The position numbers and the translations under genes are program-made. The notes under the pieces are model-generated. The model had not been told where the DNA came from, ran no database searches, and saw only the letters and a program-made list of their open reading frames with translations. Shown here piece after piece: positions 27,437-39,359 of a stretch of 64,000 nucleotides of DNA; position 1 is the first letter of the stretch, and every line of letters begins with the position of its first letter. Source of the stretch: an uncultured Gammaproteobacteria bacterium (lineage in GTDB: Bacteria; Patescibacteriota; Patescibacteriia; UBA1558; 2-01-FULL-52-15); contig CAYOCJ010000002.1 of assembly GCA_964402565.1 (NCBI GenBank), positions 170,982 to 234,981 on the forward strand, in the 5' to 3' direction.

Positions 27437-30400
27437 TTATTCTTTGAAGCCTGTTCCTGCAGGGATGAGGCGTCCAATGATGACGTTTTCTTTCAAACCA
27501 CGGAGCTTGTCTTTCTTGCCCGTGATCGCGGCATCAATGAGGACGCGCGCTGTTTCCTGGAACGATGCTGAAGCTAAGAATGAATCAGAAGCAAGAGACG
27601 CCTTGGTGATGCCCATGAGTAATGAGTCGCCAATTGCTTTCTCGCCCTTGGTCGCAGCATTCGCTTCCTGGAACTGCGTATAGGTGACGATCTCGCCTGG
27701 CAAGAGTTCGGTTTCGCCAGAATCTTTGACGTAGATCCTCGAGAACATCTGTCGGGAGATCAGCTCGATGTGTTTGTCGTTCAGTTTTTGACCCTGCGAT
27801 GAGTAAATGTATTTGATCTCCTTGATGATGTACTTCTGGACCGCAAGCTTGCCTTTCAATAGGTAGAGCTCGTGCAGATCAACTGAGCCTTCGGTCAATT
27901 GAGCGCCTGGCATGACGAGTTCGCCGTTCTTCACCCAGAGATTATAGCCTGCCGGGATCAGCACTTCGATCGTTTCATTCTTCTCGCCCGTGAGTGTCAT
28001 CACGCCCTTCGCAAGCTTCATGGTGCCGCCGAATGGCGCACGGAACTCTTCAGTCTCATTCTTGGTGAGGAGCAGCTGGTTGCGCTCAACGACCTCGCCG
28101 TCTTTCACGCTGATCTTGTCATTGTCAGCATCATAGCTGTAGGAAGCGGTCGCTGCTTTCGGATTCTTGATCTTGATCAGTCGGTTCTTATTGCTGCCCA
28201 AGGTCTCATTATCGATAATGATCTGGCCTTCCATCGGAGCAATGATGGCTTTCTTCTTCGGTGGACGGGCTTCGAAGAGTTCTTCAACACGAGGCAAACC
28301 TTGGGTAATATCTCCGCCGGCGACACCTCCGGTGTGGAAGGTTCTCATCGTAAGCTGCGTGCCAGGTTCGCCGATGCTTTGCGCAGCGATGATACCGACT
28401 GCAGTTCCCTTTTCAGCAAGGATATTTTGGCCAAGCTCATAGCCATAGCATTTCTGGCAAATGCCTCTGATGGACGTGCAGGAAAGAACCGAGCGGATAA
28501 TGACCGATTCAGGATTTGCTTTATTGATCTTAGCTGCTAATTCATTGGTCACCAGGTCGCCTTTCTTTGCAAGCGGCTTGCCTTTTCCTTCAACGATATC
28601 TGCTGCCAGGAATCGCCCGACGATGCGCGCACCGATCGTTTCATTCATTTCTTCAGTTTCCTCCCGATCGATGATAAGCCCTTCGGCATCTTTGCAATCT
28701 TCATCAATAATGATGAGGTCCTGTCCCACGTCGATCAAACGGCGCGTGAGGTATCCGGCATTCGCGGTACGAAGCGCAGTATCGGACAAACCTTTACGCG
28801 TTCCGTGCGTAGAGATGAAGTATTCGAGAACATCGAGGCCTTCCTGGAAGTTTGCTTTGACCGGCAGCTCGATAATATCACCAGCAGGAGAGGTCACGAG
28901 ACCTTTCATACCCATGATCTGAATCATCTGTGCCCATGAACCGCGAGCGCCTGATTGAATAATGGTTGAGATTGAATTCAACGGATCGAACTTTCCTTTC
29001 GCATCTTCAGTGATGCGATTTTTGATATCGGTCCAGGTTTCGATGACCTTGATATAGCGCTCATGATCGGTCAGTAGTCCGCCATTGAATTGGTCGCGGA
29101 TTGTGTTGACGGTTTCCTCGCCTTCGGTGATCAGATTTTTCTTTGTGCCAAGCTTTGGAATATCATCCATGCCCCAGGACAGGCCTGAGCGGGTGATATA
29201 GGTGAATGCCAGGTTTTTAATATCGTCCAGCAGTTCGACTGTCCGTTCGCGGGTTTCTGTGGTGATCGCATCAGTGACGATCTGCTTCAAGCCATTCTTT
29301 TCAAGCGTCTTATTCAGATACGCATGGCCTTTCGGCAATACTGCATTGAATACGATGCGGCCGACGGATGTTTCAAGCCGTTCGCCATTCAGCATGACGA
29401 GGATCGGCTGCTGCAATTTGATATGGCCAAGCTTGTAGGCAAGTTCAGCTTCATTCGCGTCGCCGTATGATTTCAGCTTCTCGCCGTCTTTCTTTGGCAG
29501 GATTGAGGTCAGATAATACACGCCCCAGACCATGTCCTGTGAAGGGATCGTGATCGGTTCGCCAGTAGCCGGCTTCAGTAAGTTCATATCAGCGGCCATG
29601 ATCTCCCGCGCTTCGCGTTTTGCCTCGTCGGTCAGGGGCAAGTGCACGGCCATTTGGTCTCCGTCGAAGTCTGCGTTGAATGCTGAACAGACAAGCGGGT
29701 GCAGCTGAATTGCTTTACCTTCGATCAGCACTGGCTGGAATGCCTGGATGCCGAGGCGATGGAGGGTTGGGGCGCGGTTCAGGAGTACATGCGTGCCCTT
29801 AGTAACTTCTTCGAGAATATCCCAGACCTCGCCATGTCCTTCGTCGATATAGCGGTTGGCGCTTCGGACATTGTGTACCAGTTCCCGTTCGATCAACTTT
29901 GAAATGACGAATGGTCGATAGAGCTCGAGAGCCATCTGTTTCGGAAGTCCGCATTGCGCGAGCTTCAAGTGAGGACCGGCAACGATAACGGAACGGCCGG
30001 AGTAGTCAACGCGCTTACCGAGCAAGTTCTGTCGGAAGCGTCCTTGTTTGCCTTTCAGCAAGTCAGCGATCGACTTCAGCATTCTCTTTTGACCAGTGGA
30101 GGCAGTGACGGTCTTTCCATGTCGTGCATTATTATCGATCAATGCATCAACAGCTTCCTGCAACATGCGCTTCTCATTGCGCTGAATGACTTCAGGCGCT
30201 TTCAGATCTTTCAGGCGCTTCAAGCGATTATTGCGGTTGATGACACGCCGATAGAGGTCATTCAAATCTGAAGTCGCGAAACGTCCGCCATCAAGCTGCA
30301 CCATTGGCCTGAGATCCGGAGGGATGACCGGCAATACGGTCATGATCATCCATTCAGGTTTGATCTTATTCGTGATCAAGGTTTTGATCAGGCGTGAACG

Positions 30401-31315
30401 GCGGATAAGTTTCTTTTTCTTCGATGGAATGCAGGTCGCGATCTCTTTATCCAGTTCCTTGGCGAGCTGCTTCAGGTCGAGTTCGGTAAGCAGCATGCGG
30501 ATAGCTTCTGCGCCGATGCGCGCTTCGAAGACGTGGCCGTACTTCAGGGACAGGTCCTGGTAGGCATTTTCAGAAATAATGCTTTTTACCTGCAAGCTCT
30601 TCAGCTCCTTCTTTGCAATATCAGCAGCTGTATCTAAATGAGTGAGCTTCTCGATTTTCTGAGCATTGAGGCTTACGATCGCATCGTTGGTCTGCTTTTC
30701 GATCGTTTCTGCTTTTTTGCCTGATTGCAGAGCTTGTGATTTCTTGCCTTGTATTTCGCTGATCTTATGTTCGATCTCAGCTTCGATCTGCTTGCGCTTT
30801 CCTTTCAGCTCATCCTGGATCTGCTGCAGCGTTTCTTCGCGGGCAGGCTCGTCTACTTCGGTGATGATGAAACTCGCAAAGTAAATGATCTTTTCAAGCT
30901 CTTGTACCGAGAGGTCAAGCACCAGGCCGATCTTTGACGGAATGCCACGGAGGAACCAGATATGCGAGACCGGCGTGGCAAGGTCAATGTGCGCCATGCG
31001 TTCGCGTCGTACAATGGAACGGGTGACTTCAACGCCGCATTTGTCGCAGATAATTCCTTTGTAGCGGATCTTCTTATATTTGCCGCAATAGCATTCCCAG
31101 TCCTTTGACGGACCGAAAATTTTCTCGCAGAAAAGTCCGTCACGCTCAGGCTTCTGAGTGCGGTAATTGATGGTTTCAGGGGAGAGTACTTCGCCATGAG
31201 ACCATTTATGCATGATATCAGGGCTTGCAACCTTCAGCCGGATCGAGTCAAAGTCCAGAGTCTTGGTAGGCTCTTGTGACATGAAGGTTGTTTTGGTCGA
31301 TGATGGTGTAGACAT
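27437..31315 (-). CDS. rpoC: RNA polymerase beta' subunit
   Basis: [38 protein letters not shown] and GRLIPAGTG. Confidence 0.99.
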   Translation of the reverse strand: MSTPSSTKTTFMSQEPTKTLDFDSIRLKVASPDIMHKWSHGEVLSPETINYRTQKPERDGLFCEKIFGPSKDWECYCGKYKKIRYKGIICDKCGVEVTRSIVRRERMAHIDLATPVSHIWFLRGIPSKIGLVLDLSVQELEKIIYFASFIITEVDEPAREETLQQIQDELKGKRKQIEAEIEHKISEIQGKKSQALQSGKKAETIEKQTNDAIVSLNAQKIEKLTHLDTAADIAKKELKSLQVKSIISENAYQDLSLKYGHVFEARIGAEAIRMLLTELDLKQLAKELDKEIATCIPSKKKKLIRRSRLIKTLITNKIKPEWMIMTVLPVIPPDLRPMVQLDGGRFATSDLNDLYRRVINRNNRLKRLKDLKAPEVIQRNEKRMLQEAVDALIDNNARHGKTVTASTGQKRMLKSIADLLKGKQGRFRQNLLGKRVDYSGRSVIVAGPHLKLAQCGLPKQMALELYRPFVISKLIERELVHNVRSANRYIDEGHGEVWDILEEVTKGTHVLLNRAPTLHRLGIQAFQPVLIEGKAIQLHPLVCSAFNADFDGDQMAVHLPLTDEAKREAREIMAADMNLLKPATGEPITIPSQDMVWGVYYLTSILPKKDGEKLKSYGDANEAELAYKLGHIKLQQPILVMLNGERLETSVGRIVFNAVLPKGHAYLNKTLEKNGLKQIVTDAITTETRERTVELLDDIKNLAFTYITRSGLSWGMDDIPKLGTKKNLITEGEETVNTIRDQFNGGLLTDHERYIKVIETWTDIKNRITEDAKGKFDPLNSISTIIQSGARGSWAQMIQIMGMKGLVTSPAGDIIELPVKANFQEGLDVLEYFISTHGTRKGLSDTALRTANAGYLTRRLIDVGQDLIIIDEDCKDAEGLIIDREETEEMNETIGARIVGRFLAADIVEGKGKPLAKKGDLVTNELAAKINKANPESVIIRSVLSCTSIRGICQKCYGYELGQNILAEKGTAVGIIAAQSIGEPGTQLTMRTFHTGGVAGGDITQGLPRVEELFEARPPKKKAIIAPMEGQIIIDNETLGSNKNRLIKIKNPKAATASYSYDADNDKISVKDGEVVERNQLLLTKNETEEFRAPFGGTMKLAKGVMTLTGEKNETIEVLIPAGYNLWVKNGELVMPGAQLTEGSVDLHELYLLKGKLAVQKYIIKEIKYIYSSQGQKLNDKHIELISRQMFSRIYVKDSGETELLPGEIVTYTQFQEANAATKGEKAIGDSLLMGITKASLASDSFLASASFQETARVLIDAAITGKKDKLRGLKENVIIGRLIPAGTGFKE

Positions 31316-31340
31316 AGTTTTGAGTATAGATAAGCGTTGG

Positions 31341-34300
31341 TTAGTCTTCGGTTCGCTTATTATCCTTCAGGAGTTCGACGTCGAGTGCCAGGCCTTTCAA
31401 CTCTTTGACCAAGACATTGAAAGATTCCGGGATATTCAGTCGATCGATCTTCTCTCCTTTAATGATAGCTTCGTACGCCTTCGACCGTCCGGGTACGTCG
31501 TCTGACTTGATGGTCAAAATTTCTTGCAAAGTATGTGCAGCGCCATATGCTTCGAGTGCCCACACTTCCATTTCTCCGAAACGTTGGCCGCCGAATTGAG
31601 CTTTGCCGCCCAATGGCTGCTGGGTGACCAAACTGTATGGTCCGATGGAGCGCTGGTGGATCTTGTCTTCAACCAAGTGATTGAGCTTCAGGATATAGGA
31701 GTAACCGACCGTTGTCTTTGAGTCGAATGCTTCACCAGTTTTACCGTCATAGAGCTGCAGCTTGCCGTCCGTTGGCCAATTTGCCTTGGTCAGCTCTTCT
31801 TTGATGGTTTCTTCTGATACGCCATTCAGCGCTGGACTTGCGACTTTATAGCCAAGTGTATGAGCTGCCAGTCCGAGGTGTGTTTCGAGCAATTGGCCCA
31901 GGTTCATACGCGAGATAACGCCGAGCGGATTCAAGATGACATCAATAGGAGTTCCGTCAGCGAGGAACGGCATATCTTCCCGAGGAACGACGCGCGAGAT
32001 AACGCCTTTATTACCGTGACGACCTGCGAGCTTATCGCCGACCTGTACTTTACGCGTCTGAGCAACCGTGACCTGAATGGTTTTGATAACACCAGCAGGC
32101 AGCTTATCCCCCGAGTCTCTGGAGAAAATTTTAATGTCGACGACCTTACCGTGTTCGCCATGTTCGAGATAGAGCGAGGAGTCGCGGACATCTTTTGCTT
32201 TTTCACCGAAGATAGCACGGAGCAATTTTTCTTCAGCAGAAAGTTCGGTTTCACCTTTTGGCGTGATCTTGCCGACGAGGATATCTCCGGAGGCTACTTC
32301 TGCACCGAGCCGGATAACACCGTCATTGTCGAGGTTCTTTAATTTTTCTTCTGAAATATTCGGGATATCGCGTGTCACGACTTCTGGTCCGAGTTTGGTA
32401 TCGCGTACATCGACTGAAAAATCTTCGATATGGATGGACGAGTAACGATCTTGCTGCACGATGCGGTCTGAAATAAGGATAGCGTCTTCATAGTTGCCGC
32501 CTTCCCAGGACATATAGGCAACGAGTACATTTTGTCCGAGCGCGAGTTCGCCGTTTTCAGTTGCAGCTCCGTCGGCTAATGCCTGATCTTTTTTCACCTG
32601 ATCGCCTTTGACCACGATAGGCCGCTGGTTCATAGAGGTGAAGGCATTTGATCGTTCGAATTTCATGAGATCAAAGTTGTGCATTTTTCCGGACGCACCC
32701 TTCATCTGGATCCTATTTGACTGTACCGAAGTGATTTCACCATCTTCCGGCGCATTCACGACCTGTCCTGAATCTTGTGCTGAGCGAGCTTCAATACCGG
32801 TGCCGACGATCGGCGACTCCGGATTGACGACTGAAACCGCCTGCCGCTGCATGTTCGTTCCCATCAGAGCGCGGACAGCATCGTCATGTTCGAGGAATGG
32901 AATGAGCGAGGTTGATACCGAAATGATCTGGTTCGGAGCTACGTCCATGTAGTCGATTTTTTCGACCATGTCGTATTTCGGTACACCGTGGCTGCGGATT
33001 TCAGCATATTCTTTCAGGAAGTATCCATTGGTATCCACCAAGGTCGTTGCAGCGGTCGTATTACCTTTCTCTTCAACGAAGGCATCGATATACACGACAT
33101 CAGGCAGCACGCGCGGTTTGATCGGGATCAGTTTTAATTCTTTGTCGGATGCGAGTTTTTTTGCATCAGCGCTGGAGATGGTATCGCCCGCCTTAACAAC
33201 AATGGTTTTGCCGTCTTTCAGGTCTTCACGTGCGATCTCATTCACAGCGGACTTGCCGTCATTCGGCACATCGTGAATGACTTTCCTGAAAGGCGTTTCA
33301 ATAAGACCGAACTCATTGACCCGTGCATAGGTCGACAGGTGGCCGACCAGACCAATATTCGGACCTTCTGGTGTTGCGATCGGGCAAATGCGTCCATAGT
33401 GAGTGCGATGCACGTCGCGAACTTCGAATCCTGCTCGTTCGCGTGACAGACCTCCCGGGCCCATAGCTGAGAGACGTCGTTTGTGTTCGAGCTCCGAGAG
33501 AGGATTGATCTGATCCATGAATTGAGACAGCTGTGAGCTCATGAAGAATTCTTTGATCGATCCCATGACCGGACGTGCATTGATAAGCTGGTTCGGTGTC
33601 AGAGTATTGATATCCAAAGTCGACATGCGATCCTTGATGATGCGCTCCATGCGTGCCAAACCAATGCGGAATTTATTCTGTACCAATTCGCCGACCGCGC
33701 GGATGCGGCGATTGCCGAGGTGATCGATATCATCAGGTGATTCTTGAGTAATATTTAAACGGATGATCTCGCGGATGATGGCGATCAGGTCTTCGCGGCG
33801 CAGGATGCGGGTCGTTTTATCATTGGGAATATCAAATCCGAAGCGTGAGTTGATCTTATAGCGGCCGACGCGTCCGAAATCATACCGATCAAAATTGAAG
33901 AACATTGAATGGATCAGGTTGCGTGCATTATCTGTCGTAGCGAGATCTCCTGGTCTGATTCTCTTATAGACTTCCCGCAGGCCGTCTGCTTCATCTTTCG
34001 ATACATCCTTTTCCATTGTCGACTTGATGAACTGGATCTCAGGATGATTATCGATGTCCTTGAACAGATTCGTGATCTCTTCATCAGAAGAGTACCCGAA
34101 TGCTCGTAATAGCCCAGTGATAGGCACTTTGCGTTTCCGGTCGATCTTTACATAGATGACATTATTGCCGTCGGTCTCGATCTCCAGCCATGCGCCCCGG
34201 TTAGGAATGATCTTTGCTCCATAATAGTTTCTGCCGCGGACGATCTCTGAAGTGAAAAAGACGCCTGCGCTGCGGATCAGCTGCGAGACGACGACGCGCT

Positions 34301-34682
34301 CAACGCCGTTGATGACGAAGGTGCCCCTATTCGTCATGAGCGGGATGTCGCCGAGATAAATTTCCTGTTCTTTCACCTCGCCTGTTTTTTGGTTGACCAA
34401 GGTCACCTTCACCTTGATCGGCGCTTCAAAGGTGGTATTGCGCGCCTTTGCTTCTTTCTCGTTGAACTTCGGTTCATCGAGATAGTATGATTCGAAATAT
34501 AATTCCAGATCGCGACCAATAAAATCTTTGATCGGCGATACTTCGTCGAATAATTCTTTCAGTCCTTCCGCAAAAAACCAGTCATATGACTTTTGCTGGA
34601 CTTCGATTAAATTCGGAAGCGAGATCGCTTCACGTACGGGCGTGAAATATACGCGCTCCGCTTTGGGTTTCGTATGGGGCAT
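31341..34682 (-). CDS. rpoB: RNA polymerase beta subunit
   Basis: SQLSQFMDQ, TPEGPNIGL, GDKLAGRHGNKG and GGQRFGEME. Confidence 0.99.
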   Translation of the reverse strand: MPHTKPKAERVYFTPVREAISLPNLIEVQQKSYDWFFAEGLKELFDEVSPIKDFIGRDLELYFESYYLDEPKFNEKEAKARNTTFEAPIKVKVTLVNQKTGEVKEQEIYLGDIPLMTNRGTFVINGVERVVVSQLIRSAGVFFTSEIVRGRNYYGAKIIPNRGAWLEIETDGNNVIYVKIDRKRKVPITGLLRAFGYSSDEEITNLFKDIDNHPEIQFIKSTMEKDVSKDEADGLREVYKRIRPGDLATTDNARNLIHSMFFNFDRYDFGRVGRYKINSRFGFDIPNDKTTRILRREDLIAIIREIIRLNITQESPDDIDHLGNRRIRAVGELVQNKFRIGLARMERIIKDRMSTLDINTLTPNQLINARPVMGSIKEFFMSSQLSQFMDQINPLSELEHKRRLSAMGPGGLSRERAGFEVRDVHRTHYGRICPIATPEGPNIGLVGHLSTYARVNEFGLIETPFRKVIHDVPNDGKSAVNEIAREDLKDGKTIVVKAGDTISSADAKKLASDKELKLIPIKPRVLPDVVYIDAFVEEKGNTTAATTLVDTNGYFLKEYAEIRSHGVPKYDMVEKIDYMDVAPNQIISVSTSLIPFLEHDDAVRALMGTNMQRQAVSVVNPESPIVGTGIEARSAQDSGQVVNAPEDGEITSVQSNRIQMKGASGKMHNFDLMKFERSNAFTSMNQRPIVVKGDQVKKDQALADGAATENGELALGQNVLVAYMSWEGGNYEDAILISDRIVQQDRYSSIHIEDFSVDVRDTKLGPEVVTRDIPNISEEKLKNLDNDGVIRLGAEVASGDILVGKITPKGETELSAEEKLLRAIFGEKAKDVRDSSLYLEHGEHGKVVDIKIFSRDSGDKLPAGVIKTIQVTVAQTRKVQVGDKLAGRHGNKGVISRVVPREDMPFLADGTPIDVILNPLGVISRMNLGQLLETHLGLAAHTLGYKVASPALNGVSEETIKEELTKANWPTDGKLQLYDGKTGEAFDSKTTVGYSYILKLNHLVEDKIHQRSIGPYSLVTQQPLGGKAQFGGQRFGEMEVWALEAYGAAHTLQEILTIKSDDVPGRSKAYEAIIKGEKIDRLNIPESFNVLVKELKGLALDVELLKDNKRTED

Positions 34683-34938
34683 AGATACAAAACTGCTTAC
34701 TGGTTAAGTGACGAGCGTTCTCGCGAAGAAGAAGCCAATCATTCCTGTGAAATGCTATTGTAGATCACAGGGAGACCATCAGGCACCAAATATGGTGCCG
34801 GACGACCAGGTAAAGATCGAACTAGACTTTTTGCGGCACAATAAAATCCCCACCCTGATTTTACTCTGGGAGAGGTGTGCGTTTTATGTACTGTTATTCG
34901 GTGCCTAAGCTCAGAACTTGGGCTTTAAACATGGGACT

Positions 34939-34967
34939 ATGATACTTGAGAATTAAATTCTTGTCAA
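34939..34967 (-). promoter_or_regulatory. Sigma70-type promoter of rpoBC
   Basis: TTGACA-17 nt-TATCAT on the minus strand, about 250 nt upstream of rpoB. Confidence 0.7.
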
Positions 34968-35112
34968 TGCCTAGGGCAAGTTATCTGTCAAGAATTATAA
35001 AAAAAGACTAACTTTAGCTAAATTTTTAGATAGCATTCATACTTTTTTATCTAAAATAAGGCCTAAATTTAATTTTTATGGACAAGTTATACACAGTCAA
35101 TGGCTATACTAA

Positions 35113-35144
35113 AAGCACTTCTGGCTGATCAGCCAGAAGTGCTT
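35113..35144. terminator. Perfect 32-bp palindrome (terminator or binding site)
   Basis: aagcacttctggctgatcagccagaagtgctt. Confidence 0.55.
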
Positions 35145-35168
35145 CATCTCGGTAGTTAGCAGTATGTA

Positions 35169-35933
35169 TTATTCGCCTTTGACTGCGCTAAAGTCGACCA
35201 TGATCGTAGCATCGCCCTTTTCGTTCATGATCGGCGCATCATCCTCAATTTTGAAGTTGCCATCGCCGTTATCAGTATGCAACATCGCAGTATAGGTATT
35301 CCAGGTCGTCAGCGCCTCAGGCATGGCAATGGAAACTATTTTTGATGCTCCTGCTTTCAAGAGAGGCGAACTTGCAATGATCGGCCCTGGTTTTGAGCCG
35401 GTTTTTTTATGAATGACCACATAGCCAGGAGCTCCGAGCAGCACCGTATCAACGATCACTGCATTGCCGACGGTCTGAGTTTTTATCTGTAAACCATTTT
35501 CACCGGAGATCATGCTTGAGACATTGGTTCCGCTGCACACATAGGCTGTCTCGAAATTGAGCGAAGCAATGTCAGCGCAAGCCGCTGAAGGCTTCGATGA
35601 TCCTCCGACGCAATAGATCCGCTGGCCATTTTTATCATAGTAGGTGACGGTTTTTTGGGCGGTGCCGTATACGATCTTGGTATAGTCACCTGACGAATCA
35701 ACACGCTGTACGCCTTTCACACAATATTTTTGATATTGTTGAGTCAGCGTTAGACTCGTCACAGCCTCTTTCTTCATAGCAGCCTGCCGTTCTTCATCTG
35801 CTTTCTGGGAAGCCATCTCGGTCGCTTTGCGTAGCGATTGATTATTGAACGAATCAAGCAGTGTAACGGCAGCAAGGATGCCGATAGCGGCGAGGAGTAT
35901 ATAGAGCGCTTGTTGTTTTTTAGATGATCGCAT
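35169..35933 (-). CDS. Membrane-anchored hypothetical surface protein
   Basis: N-terminal TM; C-terminal GYVVIH...AMLHTDNGDGNF domain. Confidence 0.7.
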   Translation of the reverse strand: MRSSKKQQALYILLAAIGILAAVTLLDSFNNQSLRKATEMASQKADEERQAAMKKEAVTSLTLTQQYQKYCVKGVQRVDSSGDYTKIVYGTAQKTVTYYDKNGQRIYCVGGSSKPSAACADIASLNFETAYVCSGTNVSSMISGENGLQIKTQTVGNAVIVDTVLLGAPGYVVIHKKTGSKPGPIIASSPLLKAGASKIVSIAMPEALTTWNTYTAMLHTDNGDGNFKIEDDAPIMNEKGDATIMVDFSAVKGE

Positions 35934-35992
35934 AGAAATGATTAATAAGTTAATGAGGTAAGTATAATACGTTTTTGATCTTTATTCGAGCC

Positions 35993-37210
35993 CTAGGGCA
36001 GGAGCTTCTGGATGCTCTGATTTCGCTGCTTCATGCTGGCCGCATGCATCACCACAATGATCTCGCCGTCTTTTTTTATAGCAGCATTCCGCTGCGCTTC
36101 GACGAGGAAGCCTGTTTTTGCCGCATCAGGATTAAAGGCGAGCAAGCTGTAATTTCTATTCGCTACGCTGATAGTGCGGTCTGTGCCGTCGCTGCCGGTT
36201 ACCGTGAAATGTATTTCACGTTTCACGCCCTCAGACGCAATGCGCAGCGAATTGAACGCTCGGTTCGCAAGGATCGCCATTTCTTGCGGCGTCGTGACAT
36301 TGTTCGCATTGAGCCCTGCTGGTTCAAAGAACAAGGTTTTGGTCAAACCGAATGAGCGTGCCTTGTCATTCATTCGTTGGACAAAATCTGATCGCGTTAC
36401 GCCGCTGTTATCCGCAAGGATGATGGCACTTTGATTCGATGAGGCGAGCAGCATGGAGGTCCAGAGGTCTTTTGTTTCTACGGTGTCGCCCGTTTGAAGC
36501 GGAACTTCGCTGGTTGCGTCATCTCCGACCAAGGTTTTCGGATAATTAATTTCGTCAGCAGTGATTGTGATCTTTTTATCAAAATCCAGATTGAGATCGA
36601 GCAGCACCAGCGCTGTCATGAGTTTCGTGAGCGAAGCAAGCGGTAATACTGCCGTAGAGTTCTTGCCGCCGACAAAATGATCGCCGGTATAACGTACATA
36701 TCCTAAGGAAACAGATACCGGATCAAACATGACCTGTTTTTTCGTCATCGCGAGCTTCACAAGCGATTTTGATCCGACCGTTATCCCAAGGTCCTCGGAT
36801 AATTGTTGTACATGATCGAACGTGTCGAATAGATAACGTTTGCCGGTCGCAGGATTTACATACCAGGATTCATCAGTATTTGCTTTGGTTACCAGCCGGC
36901 CGATATATTTGCCAGTATATTTTTTCGCAGTGGCAGTGACGCCATTTGGTATTTTCGCGAACGTTGCGCTGGTGATGGTTGTAGTTAGGTTATCACGGAG
37001 CCATTTCACATCAGCATCGTCGCGAATGATGTATCGGATGTTTTTCAGCGGTTCAGCGTACCAGATGCGGTCGGAATTTTTTTCCAAAAGCAGATTGCCT
37101 GAAAGCTGAGAAACCGTGTACACCTTTTCTGCAGCCGCTTTCGCAGCCTGAGTAGGTGCTAATGGCGAGAGGACGGCGAGAACAGTGATGATAGCAAAAT
37201 ATTTTCTCAT
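35993..37210 (-). CDS. D-alanyl-D-alanine carboxypeptidase/endopeptidase (peptidase S11)
   Basis: Signal peptide; ASLTK (SxxK), SSN (SxN) and KTG motifs; N-terminal WYVNP-type repeats. Confidence 0.88.
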   Translation of the reverse strand: MRKYFAIITVLAVLSPLAPTQAAKAAAEKVYTVSQLSGNLLLEKNSDRIWYAEPLKNIRYIIRDDADVKWLRDNLTTTITSATFAKIPNGVTATAKKYTGKYIGRLVTKANTDESWYVNPATGKRYLFDTFDHVQQLSEDLGITVGSKSLVKLAMTKKQVMFDPVSVSLGYVRYTGDHFVGGKNSTAVLPLASLTKLMTALVLLDLNLDFDKKITITADEINYPKTLVGDDATSEVPLQTGDTVETKDLWTSMLLASSNQSAIILADNSGVTRSDFVQRMNDKARSFGLTKTLFFEPAGLNANNVTTPQEMAILANRAFNSLRIASEGVKREIHFTVTGSDGTDRTISVANRNYSLLAFNPDAAKTGFLVEAQRNAAIKKDGEIIVVMHAASMKQRNQSIQKLLP

Positions 37211-37284
37211 AGATAAAATTCAGTATAGCATGTTACATTTTTTTGTACTAAAAATGTACAACGACCTTTCACATGCAGCGATGA

Positions 37285-37689
37285 TTATGCCTGAGCGATC
37301 AACAACAGCACGAGAATATAGATGATATGCTCGTCAAGAACAGGATTATTCGCCGGAGGGAATCCGGAGAGATAAATCAGCGCCATCATAGCGATGCCGC
37401 AGTAGGCAGAAAATTTCAGTTTGATTTTGGTCAAAAGCCCAACGCCAACTCCGAGCAGGCCAAGCATGAAAAGCCAGTCGACCAGAGGGTTGCCGGCCAT
37501 TGCCTGGAAGATTCCGACAAACATTCCATGCGTGCCATGTGCGAGGTAACCAGCGGCTGGCGAAGTTCCTGAAATCCACGACTGATCCGGTTTTGTTGCA
37601 AAACCTAAACCAAAAACTTTATCGATGAATGCCCAGAGGAAAACTAATCCGAGTGCAATACGGAGTAGTTTTAGAATTTTTTTGTTCAT
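37285..37689 (-). CDS. DoxX family membrane protein
   Basis: LRIALGLVFLWAFIDKVFG...NPVLDEHIIY. Confidence 0.8.
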   Translation of the reverse strand: MNKKILKLLRIALGLVFLWAFIDKVFGLGFATKPDQSWISGTSPAAGYLAHGTHGMFVGIFQAMAGNPLVDWLFMLGLLGVGVGLLTKIKLKFSAYCGIAMMALIYLSGFPPANNPVLDEHIIYILVLLLIAQA

Positions 37690-38831
37690 ACATCTCTTTT
37701 TAAATATTTCTTCTTTTTCAGTGTATCAGGTAAATAGCTTTCTTTCGAATATTTTTCATAGCCTTTGCCATAGCCGAGATGTTTCATGAGTTTAGTCGGT
37801 GCGTTGCGGATATGCATGGGGATCGGCAGATTGCCGAATTCCTTTACATCAGCCATAGCTTCTTGCAAGCCATCGTATGACGAGCGATCTTTTTTACAAT
37901 GTGCGAGATAGGCAACTCCATGCGCTAAGTTGATCGCGCACTCAGGATAACCGATGGTTTCGCATGCTCGAAAAACTGCATTTGCGACGACTAAGGCAGT
38001 CGGCTGAGCAAGTCCAATGTCTTCTGAAGCAAAGATGACCATGCGACGCGCGATGAAGAGAGGATCTTCGCCTGTCTCTATCATACGGGCGAGATAGTAG
38101 AGCGCAGCATCAGGCTGTGACGCGCGCATGCTCTTGATGAAGGCAGAGATCGTATTGTAATGCTCTTCACCTTTTTTATCGTAGCGCAGGAATTTGGACT
38201 GTAATGCGTCTTTCAGATGTTCCAGTGTCAGTGTTTTATACAAGGCCGCAGTATTGTCGATCATGGTCAGCGCTTGCCGTGCGTCGCCATTGGCCATTCG
38301 TATGAGCCATTCTTTTGCATCTTTTTTGATTGCGTAACCAGTGCGGTCTATGATCTGAGACATATCCTTTTCTGAAAGTTCATTAAGGACAAAAACTCTG
38401 CAGCGTGACAGCAAAGGAGCTATCACTTCGAAGCTGGGATTTTCTGTGGTAGCGCCTATCAAGGTTAGATCGCCTGACTCGACATACGGCAGCAGAAAAT
38501 CCTGCTGTGCTTTATTAAAACGATGAATTTCATCGAGGAATAGAACGACCGGTTGGGAATCGAGCTTGCGCTGCGCCTTGGGTACGATACTGCGTATATC
38601 ATCTTTGCCTGCAGAGACAGCTGAGAGCTCATGCAGCTCAGCGTCGAGAGCAGCTGCATAGATCTTTGCCAATGTTGTTTTCCCGACACCCGGAGGGCCC
38701 CACAGGAGGAAGGAAAATAAATGTTTCTTCTCAATTGCTTCCCGAAGCGGCTTTCCTTTACCGACCAGGTGTTCCTGGCCGACGAAGTTGTCGAGTGATA
38801 CGGGCCGAATTTTAGCTGCGAGAGGTTCCAT
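37686..38831 (-). CDS. rarA: Replication-associated recombination protein A (MgsA)
   Basis: [47 protein letters not shown] and ASEDIG. Confidence 0.95.
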   Translation of the reverse strand: MEPLAAKIRPVSLDNFVGQEHLVGKGKPLREAIEKKHLFSFLLWGPPGVGKTTLAKIYAAALDAELHELSAVSAGKDDIRSIVPKAQRKLDSQPVVLFLDEIHRFNKAQQDFLLPYVESGDLTLIGATTENPSFEVIAPLLSRCRVFVLNELSEKDMSQIIDRTGYAIKKDAKEWLIRMANGDARQALTMIDNTAALYKTLTLEHLKDALQSKFLRYDKKGEEHYNTISAFIKSMRASQPDAALYYLARMIETGEDPLFIARRMVIFASEDIGLAQPTALVVANAVFRACETIGYPECAINLAHGVAYLAHCKKDRSSYDGLQEAMADVKEFGNLPIPMHIRNAPTKLMKHLGYGKGYEKYSKESYLPDTLKKKKYLKRDV

Positions 38832-38930
38832 AGTCTAGGTATCTTACCCCTCCATAAAACCCTTTGCAAACAAAAAAGCAAACCCCGGCCAGAGTGGTCG
38901 GGGCTTTAGTTTTTTGCGCTTCAGGTGAGT

Positions 38931-39200
38931 TTAGCGTTTCGTTTTCTTCTTGAGCTCTTGAAGTACAAGACTCAAGACAAATGCTGATGAGATGTCGTAG
39001 ACACTCATAAGCACTTGAAGTCTGACAACGCCTGGATCGAGTTTGCCGGATTCGATCCGTGCGAGCGTGCTGTGAGGGATTCTTTCTCCCATCAAAGCAG
39101 TGATGTCCTCGACCTCTTGTATCGTGAGTTTTTTTGTCTCGCGTCCCGTAAGGAGGAGCGAGGCAACGGCCTTTGAAACGCGTAATGGCATTGAAGGCAT
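38931..39200 (-). CDS. XRE-family HTH regulator
   Basis: RETKKLTIQEV...IPHSTLARIESGKLDP. Confidence 0.75.
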   Translation of the reverse strand: MPSMPLRVSKAVASLLLTGRETKKLTIQEVEDITALMGERIPHSTLARIESGKLDPGVVRLQVLMSVYDISSAFVLSLVLQELKKKTKR

Positions 39201-39359
39201 TGTGGACTCCTATGATGAATGAACGTCAGCGTGTTTAGCGAACAGGCTATATAATCAGAATGTTGTGTATGTGTCAAACAATGTTTTTCTGTATTTCCTT
39301 GACATTGATTCATTCTGTCGATATACCTATTAAAGCACATTTTTAAAAGGAGGAGGCCT

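Noticed and set aside
27437-34682. Many antisense and alternate-frame ORFs, and possible inteins, in rpoB and rpoC
   Set aside because: These are shadow ORFs of long coding genes; protein lengths are ordinary and no intein terminal motifs were seen.
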